Below are positions 18,201 through 25,421 of a DNA stretch of 64,000 bases, piece after piece. The translations under genes and the position numbers were made by a program. The stretch comes from Planctomycetota bacterium (lineage in GTDB: Bacteria; Planctomycetota; MHYJ01; JACPRB01). The stretch is from contig JACPRC010000202.1 in assembly GCA_016190175.1 (NCBI GenBank), positions 11,750 to 75,749 of the forward strand. Reading direction: 5' to 3'. The stretch's first letter is position 1. Each line of letters starts with the position of its first letter. Under the pieces are notes generated by a model that saw only the letters and a list, made by a program, of their open reading frames with translations, made no database searches and was not told the DNA's origin.

Positions 18201-18871
18201 CGGACGCGGAGATCGACGCCATCGCGGCCGCGCATTCGTGGCCGTCCACGAGCGACCCCGACAAGATGCGCGGCTACATGCTCCACCGCGGCACGGTGCC
18301 GCGCGAGGCCGCCGCCGCGCTCGTAGCGGCGTTCATGGAGAAGCACGGGCTGCCCGCGTCGAAGGAGGCCGGCTTCGACTGGTACTGCGACGAGCTCGCG
18401 GCGGGATTCGTCTACGATCGCGGGGAGGAGAAGGTCGCCGCGTGGCGCCGCGCCGCGCGGTCGGCGGCCGTGCACTGGCGGTTGAGTGTCGAGATCGGCC
18501 GCGAGCCGGACTTCGTCGAGACGCGGCGGAGCGCCTTGCGACAGGTCGAGGCCGCGGTGGAGCGGTTCTACCTCGATCTGGCGAAGCAGTCCGCGGCGGA
18601 AAAGGTACCCCTGGACGATGTCGCGGCCGGCGTCGCCCGCGTGCGGCGCGCGCAGGAGGAGGCCGCCGCGAAGTGGTACCGCTATCGCGAGGCGCTGGAG
18701 AAGTGGATCGGGGATCCGTCGCAGGAGGAGAACGACGACCTGAAGGCGCTGCGGAAGGACCTCGACGCGGCGCGGCGCTCGCTGGCCGCGCGGCGGGAGG
18801 AGCTGCGCGCGCGCGTGACGAAGAAGGAGGAGGCGCGGCTGGTGCTGAGAGGGATTCTCGAACAGCCGTAG
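18155..18871 (+). CDS. Hypothetical secreted protein
   Basis: ggaggaaaacc SD before ATG. MHALAFALALAAGG signal-like N-terminus. No recognisable domain. Confidence 0.4.
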   Translation: MHALAFALALAAGGLTDAEIDAIAAAHSWPSTSDPDKMRGYMLHRGTVPREAAAALVAAFMEKHGLPASKEAGFDWYCDELAAGFVYDRGEEKVAAWRRAARSAAVHWRLSVEIGREPDFVETRRSALRQVEAAVERFYLDLAKQSAAEKVPLDDVAAGVARVRRAQEEAAAKWYRYREALEKWIGDPSQEENDDLKALRKDLDAARRSLAARREELRARVTKKEEARLVLRGILEQP

Positions 18872-18898
18872 CGCCCCGGAAGATGGCGCCATGGAGCG

Positions 18899-19150
18899 GG
18901 AACGCCCCGTTCACACTCGGGAACGTCCCGTTCCCGCTCGGGAATGTCCCGGTCGCACCCGGGAAGCCGGCGCATCGATCCGGGAGCCCCGCGTTCCGAG
19001 TCGGGAACGCGCCGTCCACACTCGGGAACGTCCCGTTCCCGGTCGGGAAGCCGCCGCATCGATCCGGGGACGCCGCGTTCCGAGTCGGGAACGCCCCGTT
19101 CGCACTCGGGCATCCCTTTCGCGGATCGGGCTGCGGCCCTGCCGAAAGAA
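18899..19150. repeat. Tandem array of about 12 copies of a 21-bp unit (GGGAACGNCCCGTTCNCNCTC), with a higher-order about 105-bp periodicity
   Basis: Units begin every 21 nt: gggaacgccccgttcacactc, gggaacgtcccgttcccgctc, gggaatgtcccggtcgcaccc, gggaagccggcgcatcgatcc, gggagccccgcgttccgagtc, then the set repeats. Many units contain the mini-palindrome GAACG-NCC-CGTTC. Open in all three forward frames (heptad GNxPFxL in one). Confidence 0.8.
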
Positions 19151-19185
19151 CAAAGAGCAAAGGTAACCGTTCACGGGTCGCCATC

Positions 19186-19270
19186 AGCCCTCAGAGGTCA
19201 GCTTTCAGCCGGGCCGGCGCGACTCCCATCTTGCCGAAGACTGATTGCGGACGGCTGAACGAGCAAAGAA
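19186..19270. repeat. REP-like element (copy B of the GCTGAT/CAGCC family), flanked by purine-rich GAACAAAGA direct repeats
   Basis: ccatcagccctcagaggtcagctttcagcc...gactgattgcggacggctgaacgagc. Flanks are gaaagaacaaagagcaaagg (19135) and gagcaaagaacgaagaagaaagc (19262). Confidence 0.45.
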
Positions 19271-19309
19271 CGAAGAAGAAAGCGGGCTATCGGCGAGCGG
19301 CGCATCCCC

Positions 19310-20281
19310 TCACCGCTGCACCATCCCCGTCGGGTTGATCGTGATCTCCTTCTCCTCCGCCGGGGACTTGATCTTGATCCGCAGCTGGTTCGAGTGCTTC
19401 CGCGGGTCCAGCCGCCCCTCGCCGTCGAAGTGGATCACGAATTCCGTCTGCTTCGGCGCGAGGTATCCCTGGGGCAGGTCGAACTTCGCCTCGCTCGGCA
19501 GCAGGTACCGCTCGCGCGCGAAGATGAGGCTCACGCGGAACTCGTCGAGGATCCCCTGGCAGCCGCCCTTCGACGCGCCGAGCACGAGCGCCTGCCCCTT
19601 CGTCCACTTCATCGTGACCGCTCCCGTCGCCAGGAGCGCGTCGTTGACGACGAGCTGCGCCTCGCGGCCGTTGAAGACGAGGTGGATCCGGTACCAGCGG
19701 TCCGAGCCGCGGAAGGTCACGCTCCCCGACGAGAGCGTGGCCGTGCCGATCCGCGCGACGAGCTGGCCGTTCGCCTCGATCGACATCTCGAGCTGCGGCC
19801 CGATCGCGCACAGCATCTGCCGCCGCGGCGCGTCGACACGATAGAACCAGAACTCGATCGCGACGCCCTGGTCCTCGGCGTACACCGGAAACTCCCCGCA
19901 GTCCACGGTCGTCGAGCCCGTCATCTGGAGCGCCGAGCCGACGCGGCCCGGCACGAGCACGCCGTTCGTGACGCGGCCGTTCTTCCCGAACGCCCCCGTC
20001 GTGACCGTGTCCTCGAAGTGCCACTCCCCCGCGGTCTCCTTGGTCATCGCGTAGACGGCGTTGCCGGCGACGTCGAGGACGACCCATGCGGGGCTGCGCG
20101 TGGCGCGCGCCTCGTCGCGCGCGGCGCGCAGCACGGCGACGAGATGTCCCGCGGCCGCGCGCACGCCGAGGTCGCGGTTCGCGTTGCGGTACAGGGCGAC
20201 GGAAAGCCCGAGGAGCAGGGAGATGATCACGATGACGACGACGACCTCGATGAGGGTGACGCCGGCCCGGTGGTTGGTCAT
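19310..20281 (-). CDS. Prepilin-type N-terminal cleavage/methylation domain protein (pseudopilin/type IV pilin-like)
   Basis: Start MTNHRAG|VTLIEVVVVIVIISLLLG: a short leader ending in G followed by the TLIE hydrophobic helix. The ORF-track extension upstream begins at a TTG inside the hairpin repeat. Confidence 0.65.
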   Translation of the reverse strand: MTNHRAGVTLIEVVVVIVIISLLLGLSVALYRNANRDLGVRAAAGHLVAVLRAARDEARATRSPAWVVLDVAGNAVYAMTKETAGEWHFEDTVTTGAFGKNGRVTNGVLVPGRVGSALQMTGSTTVDCGEFPVYAEDQGVAIEFWFYRVDAPRRQMLCAIGPQLEMSIEANGQLVARIGTATLSSGSVTFRGSDRWYRIHLVFNGREAQLVVNDALLATGAVTMKWTKGQALVLGASKGGCQGILDEFRVSLIFARERYLLPSEAKFDLPQGYLAPKQTEFVIHFDGEGRLDPRKHSNQLRIKIKSPAEEKEITINPTGMVQR

Positions 20282-20349
20282 TGGTGGTTGGTGGTTGGTG
20301 AAGAGGGCACGCACCCCGCACCAACCACTAACCACCAACCACCAACCAC
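20271..20349. repeat. Hairpin element E1 built from tandem heptamers (GGTTGGT)n / (ACCAACC)n
   Basis: ggtggttggtcattggtggttggtggttggtg-aagagggcacgcaccccg-caccaaccactaaccaccaaccaccaaccac. Lies between the pseudopilin-2 stop and the pseudopilin-1 start codon, and the ATG is inside one arm. Confidence 0.6.
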
Positions 20350-21056
20350 TAGAATTGCCGGAGATCGTCCTCGGTTCCGAGGATCCCGTCCGGTCCCGGG
20401 GAAACGAGCTGGTACTTGTCGGGCATCGCCCACGAGCTTCCCGCCCCCTTGAGCGGCTTGAAGGACTGCTCCTGGCCGCCCGCCGCGCCGAGGTAGGTCG
20501 TCAGGGGCGCGGGAGCCCGGGCGTAGTCGTTGTGGTGGAGATAGACCAGCGGGTTCCCGAAGAAGTCCGTGTACTCCAGGAGCGCGTACGCCCCCGACTC
20601 CGCGAGATAGGACTCCGTCGGGTTCTTGGGGAGATCGTCGCCGTCCGCGTTCGCGTACATCTCCTGCGTAGGCGGCTGGTACAGGATGCCGCCCTTCTGC
20701 TTGCTCGAGAGACTCGCGACGAGGGACTCGACTCCGTTGTTCGTGTTGTTCGGGACCTTCACCTTGTAGTCGGCGAGGGTGGACGGCGGGTAGTCGCGCC
20801 AGCGCGTGTGGTAGTTGTCGAGCGCGCCCTGCATCGTGGAGAGCATCGCCTGCGTGTTCGAGATCTTCGAGGTCTTGATCGCGTAGGTGACGCCCACCAG
20901 GGCGAGCGAGGCGAGGATGCCGATGATGACGATGACGACGAGGATCTCGAGCAGGGTGAAGCCGGCCCGGGGATACGGGGAGATGGGGGGATGAGGGGAT
21001 GGGGGGAGCGTCCGCCACTCCCCCCATCTCCCCATCTCCCGATCTCCCGATCTCAT
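20349..21056 (-). CDS. Prepilin-type N-terminal cleavage/methylation domain protein (GspG/PulG-like pseudopilin)
   Basis: ...PRAG|FTLLEILVVIVIIGILASLALVG: a canonical GspG-type N-terminus. Start is M1 (21056, overlapping the upstream stop) or M8 (21035). The leader coding region is made of GGGGATG-type heptamers. Confidence 0.65.
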   Translation of the reverse strand: MRSGDREMGRWGEWRTLPPSPHPPISPYPRAGFTLLEILVVIVIIGILASLALVGVTYAIKTSKISNTQAMLSTMQGALDNYHTRWRDYPPSTLADYKVKVPNNTNNGVESLVASLSSKQKGGILYQPPTQEMYANADGDDLPKNPTESYLAESGAYALLEYTDFFGNPLVYLHHNDYARAPAPLTTYLGAAGGQEQSFKPLKGAGSSWAMPDKYQLVSPGPDGILGTEDDLRQF

Positions 21057-21058
21057 TT
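20986..21058. repeat. Hairpin element E4 built from (GGGGATG/GGGAGAT)n heptamers and their complement
   Basis: ggggagatgggggatgaggggatgggggga-gcgtccgcc-actccccccatctccccatctcccgatctcccgatctc. Spans the junction between the TPR gene and pseudopilin-2, and contains both candidate start codons. Confidence 0.5.
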
Positions 21059-24013
21059 TCGCCTCTCGTATATCCTAACATCGTCGAGGGCCAGGGTGAA
21101 CCGGATCCTCCGCTCGCCGCGCGCCCAGAACGAGACCTTGAGCCCGCCCTTCCCCTGAAGGTTCGTGAAGGGCCACGGCATCTCGGCCACCTTCGCGTAG
21201 TCGCGCTTCGCGGGATCGTAGATCTGCACCTCGATCTGGGACGCATGCTCCTTCCTCCGGCGCTCGAGGCGCAGCCGGATCTCCTGCGGCGCGCGGTACT
21301 GCTGGTTCGCCGTCTGCCACTCCCCCTCCGTGATCTCGTGGCGGTCCTTCAGGAAGCGGTCGCTGGTCCAGGTGGAGACGCGCAGCCGCCGCGCCCGGTC
21401 GAACGCGAAGTGGAGCCCGGGCCGGGGGGCGTTCTCCTGGACGCGGGGCCCGTAGAGGGAGACCCCGAACTCGAACGAGACGGAGGGCTGCGCCTCCGGA
21501 TAGAACGTCGCCTCGAGCCTGGAGAACTTATCGATCGCCAGATTGTCCCGCTCCAGAAGGGAGGGCACCCAGTCGTCGCCCGGTTCCCCCGCGAACAGGC
21601 AGCGCTGGCCGGAGAGGACGATGGGAACGCGCGGCCGCTCGTCGACCTCGATCCACTGGTTCCGCCCGCGGCCCTGGATGCGGTCCGAATCCTCGCGGCT
21701 GAACGTCTCGTCCACGGCGTAGGAGGTGGCCGTCCACTCGTCGATCTTCTTCACCGTCTCCGCCGCCTCCTGGACGAACCGCAGGGAGACCGGATCCTCG
21801 TAGTCCTTGTCCTTGACCTCCGAAGCCGCCTTGAAGTACGACCGCGCCGCGGCCAGCCGCCCCGCGGCGTCTTCGCTCCCGAACAAGTAGTGCAGATAGC
21901 CGTAGGCGTACTCGACGATCGGGTCCGCCCGGAGGCTGGCGTCGCGCACGAGCTGCTTCGCGTGGTCGAGCCTCTTGCGCGCCGGCTCGGGCCGCCGCAG
22001 CAGCAGATCGGCGCAGGCGAGCGCGAGCTGGACGTTGATCCGGTTCTGGTCCTCGATCCGCCCGAACAGCGTGGATGCCCGGACCAGATCGGCCCGGGCC
22101 GACGCGCGCCAGGCGTCGGGGACGAGACGGATCTGGTCGCGCGCCGCCTCGCCCCACAGACGGCCCAGCGCGGGGAGCGACCGGTCCGCCGCCTCGCAGA
22201 GCGCCGCGAGGCGCGCGGCCTCCGCCGTCTGCGACTCCGCCAGCCGCAGGCACGACACGGCCACGCCCGAGCAGGCCGGCAGGAAGAGGGGCTCGCGGCG
22301 CAGCGCCTCGCGCGAACCCGCCAGCGCCGCGTCCAGGTTGCCGGACCGCAGCATCAGTTCGCCCCTGAGGTAGTTCGCGTACGCGTGGCCGGGATCGGCC
22401 GTGAGCGCCGCGTCGAGCCGCTTCGCGGCGTCCTCGCCGTTGCCCCCGAGCAGGAACGCGAGCGCCTGACAGGCGGGGACGTCGGCGTCGGCCGGGTCGC
22501 GCTCCGCGGCCTTCGCCAGCAGCGCGGCCGCCTCGGCCGGCTTGCCCGCGAGGAGGTACAGGTGCGCGAGGTTCGTCCACGCCTCGCCGGCGTACTGGTC
22601 CTGGAGGAGCGCCGCCGCGAACGCCGACGACGCGTCCTTCCAGCGGCCCTCGAACGCGTGGCAGCAGCCGAGCGCGTTCCACGCCTCGGCCGACTTCGCC
22701 TTGGACGCGGCATCCAGGTCGGGGAGCGCCTCCGCGAAGCGGCCGAGCGACAGGTGCGCGCGTCCCCGCGCCGTCAGCGCCGCCGTCCGCAGCTCCGGCG
22801 TGAAGTTCTTCTGGTCGTTCGAGTACTTCCCGAACATGTCCGTGACGATCTCCACCGTGCGGGCGGGGTCGCCCAGCTCCACGGACATCCTTGCCTGGCC
22901 GACCTTGCCGCGGAACGAGAGGGGCGAGAGCACGCTCTTCCCGTAGGCGTCGAGCGCCGACTCGAAGCAGCCCAGCTTCCGCAGGCCTTCGGCGACGCGC
23001 AGCCACAGCTCCTCGCGCATCGCGGGCGCCGCCTGAACGCACAGCTCGTAGTGCGCGAGCGCGGCGTCGAAGTCGCCCTGCTCCTCCAGGATCTCGCCGA
23101 GGAGCAGGATCGCGCGCGCATGGTCGCGCTTGAGTTCGAGCGCGCTCCGCAGATCCTGCGTCGCGGACTCGATCATCCCGCGCTGCCGGCACTCGTCCGG
23201 GGTCCCGTGGCAGAGGCGGTTCGCCTCCGCGTCGGCCTTCGGCTGGAGGGGCTCCGGTTCGTGGCACCACCTCGCGAGCTCCACGCGCCGGTCCGCCTCC
23301 TGCGGCGCGCCCGCGAGCTTCTTCCGGCGGTACGCGAGCTGCTCCGAGTTCTTCCAGCTATGCTGGATCTCCTTGATGGCGCTCTTCTTCCAGGTGTGAC
23401 TGCCCGCGCCGCCCTTCAGGCCCAGCACGAGGACGTCGGGCGCCTCCTCCTGGCGCGCGCAGCCGGCGACGCACTTCCCCTCGTCCGGCTGCTGCGCGCT
23501 GTTGAAGATCACGACGCAGAACTCGCGCTCCCGGTCGTCGCTCTGGTCCTTGAAGGGCGTGAGCGCAGGTTCCTCGATCTTCTTGAGCGCCTCCAACTGG
23601 TCGGCCGCCGGCAGGTCGGCCTCCGCGACCACGGCTCGCGTGCCCGGCGCGGGGTACTTCGCCTTCGCCTTCTCGTTGTAGATCCGCAGGGGCGGAGCAG
23701 GCCGGAAGAGCGGGACGACGGGGTTCTCGATCCGCGGCATGGGCGCGGCGATGGCCGGGACCGGCAGTTGCGTCGTGCTCTCCGTCAGGAAGACGTTGCG
23801 TCCGCCCCAGTACTTCTCGAAGTCCGCGTCCACCGGCCGGAACTGGAGCCCGGGCCAGGGGCGGTGCTCGCGGGCGCGGGACGCCGGGAAGGCGTCGTCT
23901 CCCGGGCCGCCGGGGCCGCCCGCCACGCCCGCGAGGAGCAGGACGGCCGCGACCGCGGCGCATGCGGCGAACGCGATCTGCTCGCGCGTGAGCGACTTGA
24001 GCCAGTCCTTCAT
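21053..24013 (-). CDS. Large TPR-repeat protein with N-terminal membrane anchor
   Basis: MKDWLKSLTREQIAFAACAAVAAVLLLAG transmembrane segment, then more than 20 TPR-like repeats over 986 aa. Confidence 0.7.
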   Translation of the reverse strand: MKDWLKSLTREQIAFAACAAVAAVLLLAGVAGGPGGPGDDAFPASRAREHRPWPGLQFRPVDADFEKYWGGRNVFLTESTTQLPVPAIAAPMPRIENPVVPLFRPAPPLRIYNEKAKAKYPAPGTRAVVAEADLPAADQLEALKKIEEPALTPFKDQSDDREREFCVVIFNSAQQPDEGKCVAGCARQEEAPDVLVLGLKGGAGSHTWKKSAIKEIQHSWKNSEQLAYRRKKLAGAPQEADRRVELARWCHEPEPLQPKADAEANRLCHGTPDECRQRGMIESATQDLRSALELKRDHARAILLLGEILEEQGDFDAALAHYELCVQAAPAMREELWLRVAEGLRKLGCFESALDAYGKSVLSPLSFRGKVGQARMSVELGDPARTVEIVTDMFGKYSNDQKNFTPELRTAALTARGRAHLSLGRFAEALPDLDAASKAKSAEAWNALGCCHAFEGRWKDASSAFAAALLQDQYAGEAWTNLAHLYLLAGKPAEAAALLAKAAERDPADADVPACQALAFLLGGNGEDAAKRLDAALTADPGHAYANYLRGELMLRSGNLDAALAGSREALRREPLFLPACSGVAVSCLRLAESQTAEAARLAALCEAADRSLPALGRLWGEAARDQIRLVPDAWRASARADLVRASTLFGRIEDQNRINVQLALACADLLLRRPEPARKRLDHAKQLVRDASLRADPIVEYAYGYLHYLFGSEDAAGRLAAARSYFKAASEVKDKDYEDPVSLRFVQEAAETVKKIDEWTATSYAVDETFSREDSDRIQGRGRNQWIEVDERPRVPIVLSGQRCLFAGEPGDDWVPSLLERDNLAIDKFSRLEATFYPEAQPSVSFEFGVSLYGPRVQENAPRPGLHFAFDRARRLRVSTWTSDRFLKDRHEITEGEWQTANQQYRAPQEIRLRLERRRKEHASQIEVQIYDPAKRDYAKVAEMPWPFTNLQGKGGLKVSFWARGERRIRFTLALDDVRIYERRK

Positions 24014-24032
24014 TCGACCACCAGGCTTGGTG

Positions 24033-24112
24033 GTTGGTGGTTGGTCGTTCGTGGTTGGTGAAGAGACTCTTCACCAACCACCAACCACGAACCACGAACC
24101 ACTCTCCTCATT
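24033..24112. repeat. Hairpin element E2, (GGTTGGT)n arms around a palindromic AAGAGACTCTT loop
   Basis: ggtggttggtggttggtcgttcgtggttggtg-aagagactctt-caccaaccaccaaccacgaaccacgaaccac. Fills the intergenic gap between the PilO-like stop and the TPR gene start. Confidence 0.6.
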
Positions 24113-24902
24113 CGACCGCCTTCCCCCCCTCGATGGGCTTCTCGGGATCCAGGACGAGCCCGCAGACGACGAAGTCCGCGTCGTAGTTCTCCTGTCCGCC
24201 CGTCGCCGCGCCGCCGATGGCTGCGGCGTCCACGCACAGGTACGGACTCTGCTGGAACGCGTGGGCAACCCGGAAGACGCCCTCCAGGCTCCCCGACACG
24301 CGGATGCGAACCGCCACCTTGCGGAGGAACCGCTCCCCTCCCGTCTCTTTCGGACCCTCGATCGAGATGTCGATATCGGCGAAGCGGTCCCCCGGTTTCA
24401 TCACGGCGATCGCGGAGCGCACGGCCGCATCGGCCACGGCCAGCCGGAGGAGGGCCTCCTCCGCCGCGACCTCGTCCCCCTGGATCCGCGAGATCACGCT
24501 CGCGAAGCCGAAGTCCTCCCGGAACTCCCCCAGCCCCGCCGAACCGTTCAGCGTCTTCAGCTCGTCCCGGACGTTGAGATACACGTCTTTGAAATGGTCC
24601 TCGTGCTTCCCCTTCCCCCGGAACCGGTCCGGCAGGGCGAAGCGGTGCGTCTTCACGGCGTCGCCGAGTTTCTGGCGCAGGTTCTTGAGCTCCGTGTCCG
24701 CCTGGGAGATCGCCGCGTCGCTCGGCACGCCGCCCGAGGACTGCGACCGGTAGTTCCGCTCCTTCGCCTCGCGCGTCTTCGCCTCCTTCGCGGCCCCCGC
24801 GCTGATCGGCCGATAGATCAGGACGAGATGGAGGATCACGCAGAGCGCGATCGCGCCCACGGCGATCAGGAACTTCCGGTTCTCCTTCAGCCAATACTCC
24901 AT
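24108..24902 (-). CDS. Membrane-anchored hypothetical protein, possibly a PilO-like pilus assembly component
   Basis: MEYWLKENRKFLIAVGAIALCVILHLVLIY transmembrane segment, then a coiled-coil/periplasmic domain. The PilO call rests only on its position after the PilM/N gene and its size/topology. Confidence 0.4.
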   Translation of the reverse strand: MEYWLKENRKFLIAVGAIALCVILHLVLIYRPISAGAAKEAKTREAKERNYRSQSSGGVPSDAAISQADTELKNLRQKLGDAVKTHRFALPDRFRGKGKHEDHFKDVYLNVRDELKTLNGSAGLGEFREDFGFASVISRIQGDEVAAEEALLRLAVADAAVRSAIAVMKPGDRFADIDISIEGPKETGGERFLRKVAVRIRVSGSLEGVFRVAHAFQQSPYLCVDAAAIGGAATGGQENYDADFVVCGLVLDPEKPIEGGKAVE

Positions 24903-24958
24903 GTTCTACGTTCTACGTTCTACGTTCTACGTTCCACGTTCCATGTTCTACGTTTCAC
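24903..24958. repeat. Tandem heptamer array (GTTCYAY x 8), the left arm of a long-range inverted repeat around the four-helix-bundle gene
   Basis: gttctacgttctacgttctacgttctacgttccacgttccatgttctacgtttcacg, immediately 5' of the PilO-like start codon on the minus strand. Confidence 0.75.
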
Positions 24959-25355
24959 GCTTTGATCGCGACGATCCACGATTGCGCGGATCCGGAGCAG
25001 ACGCGAGGTACCGAAGGAACCCTCCGATCAGCTCCTTGACCTTCCTGGCGTGCGAATAGAGCGAGTCGAACGACTCGCCGGAGATGTAATCCTGGTCCAT
25101 ACACAGGTACAGATGCGACTGGAGCTCGGAGGCGGACCTTCTGGCGAGCCGGAGGAAGCGAGCGAATTCGCGGTTGGAGCCCCCGTCGAAACCCTCCGCG
25201 ATGTTGGCCATGGCCGATACGGCGGCCCGACGCATCTGTCTGCGCAAGTCGGGGTCCGCGCGGAACGCGTCCGTACGGGTCGCTTCGTACACCGTCTTGG
25301 CCAGACTCCGTGCCTCCGTCCATGCCTCGATCTCCTCGAACTTCGTGATCGTCAT
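24948..25355 (-). CDS. Four-helix-bundle protein (TIGR02436 / 23S rRNA intervening-sequence protein family)
   Basis: MTITKFEEIEAWTEARSLAKTVYEATRTDAFRADPDLRRQMRRAAVSAMANIAEGFDGGSNREFARFLRLARRSASELQSHLYL: a canonical family signature (M15 of the ORF). Confidence 0.75.
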   Translation of the reverse strand: MTITKFEEIEAWTEARSLAKTVYEATRTDAFRADPDLRRQMRRAAVSAMANIAEGFDGGSNREFARFLRLARRSASELQSHLYLCMDQDYISGESFDSLYSHARKVKELIGGFLRYLASAPDPRNRGSSRSKRET

Positions 25356-25373
25356 GATCGCACGCCTCCCGTG

Positions 25374-25417
25374 ATCAGAACAGGGAACGTGGAACATGGA
25401 ACGTGGAACATGGAACG
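25374..25417. repeat. Tandem heptamer array (GAACRYG x 6), the right arm and reverse complement of the 24903-24958 array
   Basis: gaacagggaacgtggaacatggaacgtggaacatggaacgtc, between the PilM/N stop and the four-helix-bundle start. Confidence 0.75.
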
Positions 25418-25421
25418 TCCT

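Noticed and set aside
17111-18264. ORF 17111..18871 N-terminal part, and ORFs 17157..18131 (-), 17306..18079 (-), 17623..18264 (-)
   Set aside because: These overlap the polyferredoxin gene in other frames. Only the frame with the CxxCxxCxxxCP motifs is credible. The 18155..18871 portion is kept as a separate gene.
18899-19150. 21-bp array as a CRISPR array
   Set aside because: There are no unique spacers. The units are contiguous and themselves form a higher-order repeat.
20061-24061. ORFs 20061..21158 (+), 20278..21246 (-), 20999..24061 (+), 21528..23270 (-), 23358..24095 (-), 24010..24894 (-)
   Set aside because: Alternate frames across the pseudopilin/TPR genes. Their WWLVVGG / TTNHQPP peptides are just translations of the GGTTGGT heptamer hairpins.
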